Part shown: one piece after another, positions 9,517 to 19,870 of the stretch
Layout: the number at the start of each line of letters is the position of its first letter
How positions within the stretch are numbered: the stretch's first letter is position 1
From: Candidatus Poribacteria bacterium
Lineage (GTDB): Bacteria; Poribacteria; WGA-4E; WGA-3G
Assembly: GCA_965232545.1 (NCBI GenBank)
Contig: OZ246979.1
Location: 4,002,481-4,066,480, forward strand
Direction: 5' to 3'
Length of the DNA stretch: 64,000 bases
Translations under genes and position numbers: made by a program
Notes under the pieces: generated by a model
Databases searched by the model: none
The model's input: only the letters and a program-made list of their open reading frames with translations
Told to the model about the DNA's origin: nothing

Positions 9517-12500
9517 ATGAGTTTGGCACGTAATCTGACCCGTTTTGGCGTGTATTATAAGTCAAAACTTGCTGTTAATAGTTTTGTCATGGTACTTCTC
9601 TTCTTTGGCATCTTGTTCCTTTTTAACGGTTGTGTCAAGATGGAGGCAACTCGGAAGGCGGATTGGGAGACACACTTCACCGATCTACACTTCGTCAATC
9701 ATAAACAGGGATGGGTTGTCGGACAGCAGGGGTTAATTATCCATACTGCAGATGGTGGTAAAACGTGGAAGCAACAAGAAGTCGACACAACAGGTGTTGG
9801 ATATCGCATGCCCGATGCCTCCTTAGACTTCAAAGCCGTCTACTTCACGAACGCAAACTACGGATGGGCAGTCGGCGATGAAGGGTTAATCGCAGTTACC
9901 GACGATGGTGGTAAACATTGGACCTTGCAACGAAGCGGCACTTCCGCGATGCTGCTTGATGTATATTTCGCCAATTCAAAAGAAGGCTGGATTGTTGGGG
10001 AAGATTCGGATGTCCTCTACACCAAGAATGGCGGAAAAGAGTGGAAACGGTACGAATACGTCAGTGAATTTATGCTCAACGGTGTCTGGTTTGTTAATGA
10101 TTCGATGGGATGGGTTGTCGGTACCCATGACAGGATTCTTCACACCAAAACCGGTGGTGAATCGTGGCGGGAACAGAGCAATCGCTTTGCGGGTGAGCGC
10201 GACCGGATGATTAATGACAATAAACAGGTCTTCTTCGTCAGCGATAATGAAGGCTGGATTGTCGGCAGTGATGGATCTATCTTCCATACAGCAAACGGCG
10301 GTATCAATTGGGGGCGTCAAGACAGTCGGATCCCGCTGATTAATGGGCATGTCCGGGATACTATCAACGGTATCCATTTCACAGATGAAAATTACGGGAT
10401 CGCCGTGGCAGATGTCGGCTTTATTACGCGTACCGAAGACGGCGGTGACAACTGGCAATTGATGGAAAGTGGAACCGAAAACAATTTGACAGGAATCCAG
10501 TTTACGACACCCACAGAGGCATGGGCAGTTGGGTGGTACGGTACTATTTTGCACACGACGGATGCGGGTGCGACGTGGGAGATGACCAGTGGAACGACTG
10601 CGAATGACCTGCAGAACGTCCAGTTTACGGATGCGAACCGCGCAATCGCAGTCGGCAAGCGTGGCACGATGGCGATGAGCAATGATGGCGGACAAACTTG
10701 GAGCGAAATTGAAACTGATATCTGGGACGGCATCTGGAATATCTATTTCGCAACCGATAAACACGGCTGGGCGGTTGGTGATCGAGGTCTTATTGTTCAT
10801 ACCAATGATGGTGGTGCGAATTGGGAGCGTCAGCGTAGTCCTTCTGCATTTGCACTCCGTGCTGTCCACTTTGTGAGTCCTCAAGTCGGCTGGATCGTCG
10901 GAGATCTCGGTAGTATCCTACACACAATTGATGGCGGCGAAACATGGCTTCAACAAACCGCCACGGGCGATTTTCTTTCTTTGATGCTGAAGGGTGTATT
11001 TTTTCTTGATGAAAAGAAGGGTTGGGCGATTGGATGGCCCGGTGTTTGCCTCACGACGGAAGATGGGGGTTTGACATGGAATCAGCAGACGACCGGCACT
11101 TTCAACGAACTCTATGCCGTTTACTTCGTAGATGAAAACATAGGGTGGATTGTCGGACAGTTTGGCGAAATTCTGCATACGAAAAACGGTGGAAAGCGTT
11201 GGAATTTCCAGCGCAGCGGCACGCAAGAGAATCTGAATAAACTCTATTTTGCTGGTACACAACACGGATTAATCGTCGGCGATAATGGTGTGATGCTTAC
11301 CACCGTCAACGGCGGCAAAAAGTGGGAAATGCAAGAGAGCGGCACCGGCAACGACCTGTATGGGTTGGCACTCTCACCCGATGGTGTCGTCGCTGTCGGT
11401 AAGGGCGGAATTGCGATGCGCTACTCTATTGAAAAGGCAGAATTGCCAGCAAAATTGCCACCTGTTGCTGAAGAACCAGAGGTAGTTACGGCTGAAGAGG
11501 AAACCCCTGTTGAACCCGTTGCCTACCATTGGGACATTATCCGTCAAGCAACTTGGCGAACGAATTTCGCCGATACCCATTTCGTGAATACGCAGAACGG
11601 ATGGGCGGTCGGTTCAGGCGGCGCAATTGCGCATACCACAGACGGCGGTAAGACGTGGTTGCCTCAACACAGTGGGGTCACTGAGGATCTGCAACAGGTC
11701 GAATTTTCTGACGAAAAGCATGGACGAATCCTTGGATCTGGTATCTTACTTCAGACCGAAAATGGTGGTGAAACGTGGAAACCGATTCTTCAGGCAACAA
11801 AGCAGAACCTGCCACGCGTCAGCACGATGTACTTCCTAAATGCCGAAGAGGGATGGCTCGGTGCCAGGATTGGACAGACCTTACATACGACCGATAGCGG
11901 CAAGACATGGAAGATCCAAAAGACTGGAACGACAACGGCAAACATTACTGATCTCCACTTTATCAATAGTCAGAAGGGGTGGGCGGTCACGCCGCAGCGT
12001 CGAGACGGTGGGTTTATTCTCCATACCGTTGATGGTGGCGATTACTGGAAAATTCAGGCAAAAACGAATCAGCCCGGTATTGCTGTCCATTTCGCTGACG
12101 AAAACCGCGGTTGGGTAATTCTCGGCAACGGCAACTCTTTGTTGACTGAGGACGGTGGTGAAACGTGGAGATTGCAGACCACGACACAGAGCACGCGCGG
12201 CTTACGGCGCATTACCTTCCGTTCGTATACCAATGCTTGGGGGCTCGGTAGTGATGGTGCTTATATCACCAGAGATCAAGGCGTGAATTGGGAACCTGTT
12301 CCTGTCGCTACAGGAGACGATATGTTCGCCTTATGGGAAACTGAGGCAGAGATGCTTGAAGAAGCCGAGCCAGAAGTGGAGGAAGACCCAACGGAGGAAG
12401 AGGAAGAAGAGGTCGCAGAGGGACCGACGCTAACGTATGACGAGACACCGGAGGAAATTCAAAATCGGTTGCGAGCACAGTGGCAACGTCCCGGACGTTT

Positions 12501-13632
12501 CGCTCCTGAAGGCGAGCTCCCGCCTAATCCCGAACGGGCGGCTCCTTCACCCGCACCTCGGCAGCAACAACCCCCTCCACCAGCACCTGAAGGACGCCGC
12601 AGACGCGGAGCACGCCGAGTCGCCAGCGTATATTTCTTGGATGCAGAGCACGCATGGGCTGTCGGAAGTGGCGGCAGTATCTACCACACCGCAGACGGTG
12701 GAGAGACATGGGAACGTCAACTCGGTGAACAGCAGCGTAATGACTTCCGAAAGGTCCTCTTCTACGATGACAAAAACGGTTGGATAGCAGGGGACAGCGG
12801 TGTCCTACTCGAAACCCAAGACGGTGGACAGACGTGGGAGACGCTTTCAAGTCGGACGCGTCAACGCCTCATCGGGGTACACTTTGCGAGTCTCGAACCT
12901 GAAAAATGGGGGTGGGCAATGCAACGTGACGGAACGGTCCTCTATACGACAGATGGCGCGATTTGGACAGCCGGGGATACGCCTGAGCAACCGCCTTTCA
13001 TGGAAGGCGATCCACCCGGTACATTCTCGCTGAACGATGTTGACTTCGGTAAGTTTTCTGAAGGTTGGGCAGTCGGTAGACTCGGATATATTATCCATAA
13101 CAAAGATGGCGGTCCCACGTGGACACCTCAGCGCACCACTGCAAATGACACACTTATGGATGTGGATATGAAATTCGCACCCCTCGGTTGGGCAGTTGGA
13201 CAGGGCGGGGTAACCCAACGCACCATCAACGGTGGTGAGTATTGGCGGATGCATGAAACCAAGTCGAATTACGATCTCAATGCGGTCTCATTTATCGCCA
13301 AGCGGACAGGATGGGCGACCGGTGAAGCCGGTATCGTCTTGAAGACGACCGATGGTGGTTTTACATGGACACCTAAATTGACCGGCGTTAACAAAACGCT
13401 CCACGGCATCATTGCACTCTCCGATCAGGAGATCTACGCCGTCGGTGAAGAAGGAACAATTGTTCGTTCAACTGATGGTGGTGAGACTTGGGAGCAGGAG
13501 CACACCGATATTGACAACAATCTTTATGTCATCACCCGTTCCAAAGATGGTAAGACGTTGTGGGTTGTTGGACAGTGGGGTGTTGTCCTGCGTCGGAAAT
13601 TAGAGACCCCCGTGCGGATGTCAATGCGATAA
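9517..13632 (+). CDS. YCF48/BNR (Asp-box) multi-propeller lipoprotein
   Basis: More than 20 GW.VG..G.I.HT.DGG.TW repeats; LFNGC lipobox-like. Confidence 0.93.
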   Translation: MSLARNLTRFGVYYKSKLAVNSFVMVLLFFGILFLFNGCVKMEATRKADWETHFTDLHFVNHKQGWVVGQQGLIIHTADGGKTWKQQEVDTTGVGYRMPDASLDFKAVYFTNANYGWAVGDEGLIAVTDDGGKHWTLQRSGTSAMLLDVYFANSKEGWIVGEDSDVLYTKNGGKEWKRYEYVSEFMLNGVWFVNDSMGWVVGTHDRILHTKTGGESWREQSNRFAGERDRMINDNKQVFFVSDNEGWIVGSDGSIFHTANGGINWGRQDSRIPLINGHVRDTINGIHFTDENYGIAVADVGFITRTEDGGDNWQLMESGTENNLTGIQFTTPTEAWAVGWYGTILHTTDAGATWEMTSGTTANDLQNVQFTDANRAIAVGKRGTMAMSNDGGQTWSEIETDIWDGIWNIYFATDKHGWAVGDRGLIVHTNDGGANWERQRSPSAFALRAVHFVSPQVGWIVGDLGSILHTIDGGETWLQQTATGDFLSLMLKGVFFLDEKKGWAIGWPGVCLTTEDGGLTWNQQTTGTFNELYAVYFVDENIGWIVGQFGEILHTKNGGKRWNFQRSGTQENLNKLYFAGTQHGLIVGDNGVMLTTVNGGKKWEMQESGTGNDLYGLALSPDGVVAVGKGGIAMRYSIEKAELPAKLPPVAEEPEVVTAEEETPVEPVAYHWDIIRQATWRTNFADTHFVNTQNGWAVGSGGAIAHTTDGGKTWLPQHSGVTEDLQQVEFSDEKHGRILGSGILLQTENGGETWKPILQATKQNLPRVSTMYFLNAEEGWLGARIGQTLHTTDSGKTWKIQKTGTTTANITDLHFINSQKGWAVTPQRRDGGFILHTVDGGDYWKIQAKTNQPGIAVHFADENRGWVILGNGNSLLTEDGGETWRLQTTTQSTRGLRRITFRSYTNAWGLGSDGAYITRDQGVNWEPVPVATGDDMFALWETEAEMLEEAEPEVEEDPTEEEEEEVAEGPTLTYDETPEEIQNRLRAQWQRPGRFAPEGELPPNPERAAPSPAPRQQQPPPPAPEGRRRRGARRVASVYFLDAEHAWAVGSGGSIYHTADGGETWERQLGEQQRNDFRKVLFYDDKNGWIAGDSGVLLETQDGGQTWETLSSRTRQRLIGVHFASLEPEKWGWAMQRDGTVLYTTDGAIWTAGDTPEQPPFMEGDPPGTFSLNDVDFGKFSEGWAVGRLGYIIHNKDGGPTWTPQRTTANDTLMDVDMKFAPLGWAVGQGGVTQRTINGGEYWRMHETKSNYDLNAVSFIAKRTGWATGEAGIVLKTTDGGFTWTPKLTGVNKTLHGIIALSDQEIYAVGEEGTIVRSTDGGETWEQEHTDIDNNLYVITRSKDGKTLWVVGQWGVVLRRKLETPVRMSMR

Positions 13633-13650
13633 AAAGGTAAAAGTAAAAAA

Positions 13651-14631
13651 ATGAAGTCAAAATCCAGTAAAGCATTGCTTATCTCTGTCCTATTGCACCT
13701 CGGTGTTGGGGTGCTCGGTCTTTTCTTTTGGTTTAGCACCAATCCACAGCGGAATGCTGACGCTATCAATGCCCTATTTGTCATCGAAGAAAAGCCGAAG
13801 GTCAGGCGCGTGACACCTCCGAAACGCACACGAGTCAGGCACAGAAGAACACGTGATGTCAGCCAACCACGACTGAAAATTCTCACGAGCAATCAACCTG
13901 CCAGCAACCGAGGGGTTGTCTCCGCAGCGGAACCCGCACCTTTTCAACCCTTCGATACCGAAGACGTCGGAGAACCTGTTGGACCCACCGCAACCCATGT
14001 CGAATTTGACGACACGCCACGTGTGCAAAGGGTCATCGAACGTCCTTTCAGAAAAGAGAAAAAAGCCAAAGCACGTCCCAAAAGCCGGTTAGTGAGGTTC
14101 ATTGAAGCGCAAGAGGGACCGCAGCGCATCGTCTACTGCATTGATCTCTCTACGAGTATGCAAAATCTGCCGCCCCGGAAACTCAAACGGATTATAGATC
14201 TCATGCGGAATTCGCTGACCTTCCTTGAACCCCACGATAGTTTCAATATCGTAGCGTTTAGTGCAGAACTCATCGTCTACCAAGAAGGCTTCGTCCCTGT
14301 AACCGAGCAGACAGTTGCCACATCGTCAAACTATCTCGCCGACATCCAATCCCAAATCCACACAAAAGGGACCGACCACGATATGCTATCGGCGTTGACC
14401 GAAATTGCCAAAACCGCACCTACTATCGTTGTTTTGTTTAGCGACGGCATTCCTACCACGATTTCGGGAACGGATCTCACGCTCGTTGGTCAGCACGCCG
14501 CAGGTAACGGACGCATCTTCGCGATGGGGATCGGAATGGCACCTAATTTCCCGGGTGCTGTGATGTTGAGACGCCTCTCGACCGTCAGTGAGGGAGATTT
14601 ATGGCTTGTTGACAGAGGTAGAAGTAGATAG
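13651..14631 (+). CDS. Membrane-anchored VWA domain protein
   Basis: N-terminal S.LLH helix; MIDAS DLSTSM; LFSDG. Confidence 0.85.
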   Translation: MKSKSSKALLISVLLHLGVGVLGLFFWFSTNPQRNADAINALFVIEEKPKVRRVTPPKRTRVRHRRTRDVSQPRLKILTSNQPASNRGVVSAAEPAPFQPFDTEDVGEPVGPTATHVEFDDTPRVQRVIERPFRKEKKAKARPKSRLVRFIEAQEGPQRIVYCIDLSTSMQNLPPRKLKRIIDLMRNSLTFLEPHDSFNIVAFSAELIVYQEGFVPVTEQTVATSSNYLADIQSQIHTKGTDHDMLSALTEIAKTAPTIVVLFSDGIPTTISGTDLTLVGQHAAGNGRIFAMGIGMAPNFPGAVMLRRLSTVSEGDLWLVDRGRSR

Positions 14632-14647
14632 GAAAAATTAACCTCAA

Positions 14648-14878
14648 AAACCGTAGTCCGTAACGAAGTGGAGGGCGGCTCTTGCGCAAAAACCGTCAAA
14701 TCATGAACCACGTCCTACCCCCGCAAGGTAAAATTAAAAAACGTGCGTCTTTTCTGTGACGCGAAACCGTAGTCCGTAACGAAGTGGAGGGCGGCTCTTG
14801 CGCAAAAACCGTCAAATCATGAATCACGTCCTACCTCCGCAAGGTAAAATTAAAAATCCGCAAGGTAAAATTAAAAAA
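14648..14878 (+). repeat. Two 93-bp direct repeats (14648-14740, 14764-14856) plus a third copy of the terminal 20-mer
   Basis: Direct comparison shows two mismatches between the copies. Confidence 0.9.
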
Positions 14879-16654
14879 CGTGCTGAAGAGATTGCCGAAG
14901 GGCTCTATCCACATCAGATAGAAGGAATCGCCTTCCTGCTCGGTCGTCGCCGGGCACTTCTTGCCGACGATATGGGGCTCGGCAAAACTCGACAGTCCAT
15001 CATCGCGATGGTTGAGGCTGAACCCGAAGGTCCCTATCTTGTCGTCTGTCCTGCCTCTGTTAAACGGAATTGGGCGCGTGAAATCGAACTTGTGCTTCCC
15101 ACAGCTGAACCTATCATTGTAGGTCCGGGGCCCCTTCCTTCAACCGCCAGTATTGTTAAAGGGCAAGATTGGGTTATCATCAACTATGAGATTCTCGGTA
15201 AACACCTGGAAGGACTCCTCGCGTTTGAATGGAAAGGTGTTGTCTTTGATGAAGCGCATTACTTGAAAAATCACCAGAGTCAACGCAGTCGGAACGCCGC
15301 TAAACTGGTGAAAGCGATTCAACGCCAGCCAATGGTCCACGCGTTAACGGGGACCCCGATGACGAACCGTCCTCGTGACCTCTTCCCAATTTTGCAGTTG
15401 GTGGATCACCCCCTCGGTAAGAGTTTCCTCAGTTTCGCCAAACGGTATTGTGATGCCTATCAGGGAGACTTCGGATTGGTGGCAGATGGCGCGAGCAATA
15501 TTGAGGAATTGGCAGTTCAATTACACGGCGTGATGCTACGACGCACCAAAAACGAGGTATTGGACCTGCCACCCAAAGTACGAACATGGTTGGATGTTGA
15601 GCTGCACCCTTATGCGATACAGCACTTCAATAACGCCGTCCGCGAATATCTAACAAAGTTTGACGCACCTGAATCTATTGGTACGATTGAAAGTGAATCG
15701 GAAAATTCGGAACGGCGACAAGCGGTTGGCAGGTTAACGACAGCACGTCGAAAACTCGCTTTTGCCAAGTGTCGACACACTATCAAGTTTGTCGAAAACG
15801 CATTGGAACAGGGTGAAAAGGTCATTCTTTTCACTGCATTCCTCAACACACTGGAACGTTTCCACAAACATTTCGGTGACCGAGCCGTTTTCGTTTCTGG
15901 AGAAGTTCCGACCGAAGAGCGACAGGACCGAGTCGATCAGTTCCAGAACGATGAAAACGTCAGACTCTTCATCGCCAATATGCACGTCGCGGGTGTCGGA
16001 ATCAATTTGACCGCGGGTCGACAGGTCGTCTTCAACGATTTAGATTGGGTCCCAGCGAATCATTGGCAGGCAGAGGATCGTGCCTATCGCATTGGACAGA
16101 CGGGGACTGTTAACGTCACCTATATGATTGCACGCGGCACGGTAGACGAATTCGTCAAAACTGTGTTGGAGACGAAAGCCGCGCTAATGGATGCTCTTGT
16201 TGAAGGTACATTGTTGATACCTGATGAGGACGGTGCGCTCCAGCCCGATGTTCTCAGTGAACTTAAGCGAATGATGAATGCGCTCTCTGTGCATACTGCC
16301 GAGGTCGAAGAACCACAATTGCTCAATGTACTCCAACAAGCGAGCGATGCCTACCTTGAAGAAAACGCCTCTCATCTCCAAGAAGCGACCCGTGCGCAGT
16401 TACGCCCATATTCTGAAGAAGCCATCCGTACCTTAGCCCAAGTCCTCGCCGGTCCCGATCGGAATGTTTATCGCGCTGAGAGTTCATCGCAAAAGGGCAA
16501 GTTTTATACACTGGAGGTTGTCGGTGTAGATGTAACGTGTGATTGTCCTGGCTTCACGCACCGCGGTAGTTGCCGACACGTCCGTCCACTGAAATCTGCC
16601 CTTGTTGCAGGAAAGCCGTTGCCGAAAGGATATAAGAAAGTTTCCTGCGATTAG
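14819..16654 (+). CDS. SNF2/HARP-like helicase with C-terminal SWIM zinc finger
   Basis: LADDMGLGKT, DEAH, LTGTP, QAEDRAYRIGQ; CDCPGFTHRGSCRH; start uncertain because it lies in the repeat. Confidence 0.9.
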   Translation: MNHVLPPQGKIKNPQGKIKKRAEEIAEGLYPHQIEGIAFLLGRRRALLADDMGLGKTRQSIIAMVEAEPEGPYLVVCPASVKRNWAREIELVLPTAEPIIVGPGPLPSTASIVKGQDWVIINYEILGKHLEGLLAFEWKGVVFDEAHYLKNHQSQRSRNAAKLVKAIQRQPMVHALTGTPMTNRPRDLFPILQLVDHPLGKSFLSFAKRYCDAYQGDFGLVADGASNIEELAVQLHGVMLRRTKNEVLDLPPKVRTWLDVELHPYAIQHFNNAVREYLTKFDAPESIGTIESESENSERRQAVGRLTTARRKLAFAKCRHTIKFVENALEQGEKVILFTAFLNTLERFHKHFGDRAVFVSGEVPTEERQDRVDQFQNDENVRLFIANMHVAGVGINLTAGRQVVFNDLDWVPANHWQAEDRAYRIGQTGTVNVTYMIARGTVDEFVKTVLETKAALMDALVEGTLLIPDEDGALQPDVLSELKRMMNALSVHTAEVEEPQLLNVLQQASDAYLEENASHLQEATRAQLRPYSEEAIRTLAQVLAGPDRNVYRAESSSQKGKFYTLEVVGVDVTCDCPGFTHRGSCRHVRPLKSALVAGKPLPKGYKKVSCD

Positions 16655-16688
16655 GCATGCTTGTTCTCTCGCCAGTGCGTGTATATAC

Positions 16689-19619
16689 CTACGCCTGTGG
16701 TAGGGTATATACGCCCCACCGGACCTTTACGATCTCGCCCGCATCTACAAGACGTTTGAGCTCATTTTTTATCGCTTTTGGATGTCCTTCAATAGCCGCA
16801 ACGAATTCGGCTGTTCTTTTTTCGCCATCGGCAGCCAGAAGCGTGAGGATTTGCTGACGGAACGGGACACGTAAGGTTCTTCCACCCCTGAGCCTTTGCA
16901 GTACACGATTTGCCTGCCTTGAGGAACATCCTAAGACCTGTTCAACTTTTTCCCTACTGGATTCGGCGGTTAGATTGTCGCGTTCTGTTTCAAAATGCTG
17001 ACGTGTGGCAATCGCCTCAGGGAGTTTGTTTAACCCACCAGCGACTTCAAAATCTTCCCAGTCGAAAAGAAGCGTTTCAGGCCTGTCGGTAATATCGGGG
17101 AGTGCCAAACTGGAGATTAATACAACTTTCTTATTTGTCCAGTGGTTCAACCTCACTCGCAGGATGAGTCTCGTGAGTAATCGGGCAACAGCTTGTTCAT
17201 AAATGCCTTGGATCCGCTCATCCTTATAGCGGAGGGTATCCGTTTCTTCTTCCTCATAAGAGAGCGGTTCTTCGTCGTTTCCAAACAAAATCTGTGCACT
17301 CCGCCAAACGAGATTCGGATTCCATTGTGGCGTGCCGACTATCCAAACGACTTGTGCTTCTCTAAAGGTAGCGTTCAGCCCATTCACGTTTTTGAAATCG
17401 GTCACGAGACAGACATTTTCTTTTTCTGCGATATCTTCCAATCGCACCGCGATTGACTTGTAAGTGATGATGGCATGCTTAGGGCTTGGATCTCTCTCAA
17501 TTTCTGCACGTATACCCGCAAAAAAACGCTGTCCCGTTTTAGAGATGCCGGTGATATCTTGGTTGCCGTTATAGTTTAAAATTGTATGTCGTGGATAAAC
17601 ACCTGTGCGAATTTGAAATACTTGGTTTCCTGCCCTCCACGCTGCTGGTTCGGTACGATTGACTGTGATTTTGTCATCAGGAAGTGCCCTGCGAAGATGT
17701 TCTTCAGGAAGAATTAGCGATGTGAGCAGGAGGCGTTTGACGCTCGGGTGCAGTACCGGTGGTATCCAGAACCTCAAGATTTTGTTGTTCCACCGTATCG
17801 GTGCGTCAGCATCTCGCGTGTAGTGCGTGAAGAAGTGCTTGAGTTGGTGCCAATATGTCCAGTGTGGTTCCTTACCTTCTACATTGACCTCGCGCATCTG
17901 TTTGACGAGTGCTTCTTCTTGCCATTCAAATACTTGAACCGCCGTACGGATCCGTTTGACAGAATCGGCATGAGGTTTATCCTTGATTTCTACTGCATGC
18001 AGTAAAGTTTTGGCGAAATTTCCTAAAGCACTTCCTTTCCAGTTTAGACTCCACTCTTCTAATACATTTTTAGATATTCTACATTCAGGGAAGAGTTGAT
18101 ATGCTTTCGTTTTTGCGACGATACAAAGCTGTTCTGCATCATCTCCCTTTTCGAGCATTTCTTTCACTATTTCTGAATGTTGTGGATCGAAAAACAGTTG
18201 ATGAATTGCCGATATCTGTATCTTTTCACTTGGCAAATTTTGCTTTTGGAAGTGTTGTTTTGCTTCTTCTACCAGTTTGACATTTGGTAGGTTTAGACAG
18301 GCTGCACCACCCTTGCGGACATGGGATTCAATTCCATAGTTCTTCTTTTTCTCTCTCTGGGTAACAAGCCCGAGGATGTGCGAAGTTCCATCGAGACTAC
18401 GCGCTACCTGAGCGATCTGCGTTTCAAAGGTCTCATCAACTGCATTGGAGCGTTCTGATTTCTGCAGCACCGGAGGCGGACGTTTTACCGCCAATGGACT
18501 AAGTTTTCCTTCCCGCACAGCATTCACTTCATCAAAGACAGACAACCCTATGGCAGGTATTGGTTGTAGAATGCCTGTATCGTTCCAGATGTCAGTGATT
18601 GATGTTGATGTTGTAGGCAGCCCGACATTAGGTGAAGAGGCGCGTACCCATACGATGCCGTCGCTTTCCCACAGCGATACGTATGCGTTGCCAGCGGGGT
18701 TATCAGGGGACATCCAGTAATGATACCCATCCTCTTGTCGGACATAAGAAAAACCGTGCTTCAAAAACGCCACTTTTGCCAAGTTAAGATTATGCGAACC
18801 GAGAGATGCTGGCGCAGAGGCAGTATTCTTCTCCAGGGCTTCGTTTTCGGTAACCGATATTAAACTTGCATCTTCAAGAGGAATAGGTTCGTGGAGTTCA
18901 GCGCGGAGGGCATCAATAGGAGCAAAGAGGACCTCTTTGGCAATGATAGGGGGATCCAACAGATTTCCAAGCAAGATTTCATAGCGAGCGTCCCAGCGGC
19001 TGTATCCTTCTTCCCCGAGAATTTCAAGATATACGTCGCTTTGGTCTGGGATTTTTGAGGTGGGTGTATGTTTGTGGATATATAATTTTTCTTGCTCGGT
19101 ATTTGGATGGAGGTAATCAAGCACTCTGCAAGAGAAACGTAAGCCGCCAGATCTTGACATCGTCAATAACGGGTTTGCGACAGCGTTGACGAGTGCCTCA
19201 ATACAGGCAAAAACCGCATCGGGTGCGGCACAAATCGCTTCATATGTAAAATTAATGTCGTGCCATCGGGCACCATCGCTTGCTGAGGGGACTCCAGTAT
19301 ACACTTGGAGCCCCCAGGAGGCATGCCATCGTCTTACCCCCCAATTTTGTTGACCTTGACGTTTCAAGAACCGCTCACCGTCAAAGTCCCTCGGGCCCCG
19401 GTCGTACTCTGGGGCGCGTCCTATTGGCATAAAGGAAATGTCGGCCTGCTCCATGTCAGCAAGCAACACAGGATATCTCTGCGCACAATAAACTGTAACC
19501 TGATAAGAATAACTTTTATTATATAAGGCAGGTGTTACCACTGTTCTCCGCTGCCGCAGCGGCTTTTCGTGCCGTTGGTGGCAGCGTTCAATGAGTGCTT
19601 CCAAAGAGTTCATTGTCAT
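16689..19619 (-). CDS. Large protein with Prim-Pol-like N-terminus, degenerate helicase-like core and two C-terminal HTHs (paralog 1)
   Basis: WGLQVYTG..S..RWHDINF and TMSRSGGLRF resemble Prim-Pol motifs; wHTH tail ELKRLVDAGEIVKVRWGVY; domain calls tentative. Confidence 0.6.
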   Translation of the reverse strand: MTMNSLEALIERCHQRHEKPLRQRRTVVTPALYNKSYSYQVTVYCAQRYPVLLADMEQADISFMPIGRAPEYDRGPRDFDGERFLKRQGQQNWGVRRWHASWGLQVYTGVPSASDGARWHDINFTYEAICAAPDAVFACIEALVNAVANPLLTMSRSGGLRFSCRVLDYLHPNTEQEKLYIHKHTPTSKIPDQSDVYLEILGEEGYSRWDARYEILLGNLLDPPIIAKEVLFAPIDALRAELHEPIPLEDASLISVTENEALEKNTASAPASLGSHNLNLAKVAFLKHGFSYVRQEDGYHYWMSPDNPAGNAYVSLWESDGIVWVRASSPNVGLPTTSTSITDIWNDTGILQPIPAIGLSVFDEVNAVREGKLSPLAVKRPPPVLQKSERSNAVDETFETQIAQVARSLDGTSHILGLVTQREKKKNYGIESHVRKGGAACLNLPNVKLVEEAKQHFQKQNLPSEKIQISAIHQLFFDPQHSEIVKEMLEKGDDAEQLCIVAKTKAYQLFPECRISKNVLEEWSLNWKGSALGNFAKTLLHAVEIKDKPHADSVKRIRTAVQVFEWQEEALVKQMREVNVEGKEPHWTYWHQLKHFFTHYTRDADAPIRWNNKILRFWIPPVLHPSVKRLLLTSLILPEEHLRRALPDDKITVNRTEPAAWRAGNQVFQIRTGVYPRHTILNYNGNQDITGISKTGQRFFAGIRAEIERDPSPKHAIITYKSIAVRLEDIAEKENVCLVTDFKNVNGLNATFREAQVVWIVGTPQWNPNLVWRSAQILFGNDEEPLSYEEEETDTLRYKDERIQGIYEQAVARLLTRLILRVRLNHWTNKKVVLISSLALPDITDRPETLLFDWEDFEVAGGLNKLPEAIATRQHFETERDNLTAESSREKVEQVLGCSSRQANRVLQRLRGGRTLRVPFRQQILTLLAADGEKRTAEFVAAIEGHPKAIKNELKRLVDAGEIVKVRWGVYTLPQA

Positions 19620-19870
19620 TAAAGTGCTCCGTCAGTTAAAGCAAGGAGTTTTCATCTTCTGCAAAACGTAGATTGTCGGGTCAACAGGAATTTCTCACAC
19701 AAATGAATTTTGCATTCTTTTTTCTTGATTTTCCTGAAGTTGATGTCTAAACCCTATGAATCCGTTGAGTTCGTTTCTTACGGAACTTATAACCAACCTG
19801 AAAAAACAAGAAGTGTACTGCCGAAATCGGCGCGCCGATTTCGCTACCCCTCTAAATCCTGATTTGAAAT

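Noticed and set aside
14648-14856. Two repeats with a 23-nt spacer as a mini-CRISPR
   Set aside because: 93-bp repeats are too long, and the end motif is a dispersed repeat
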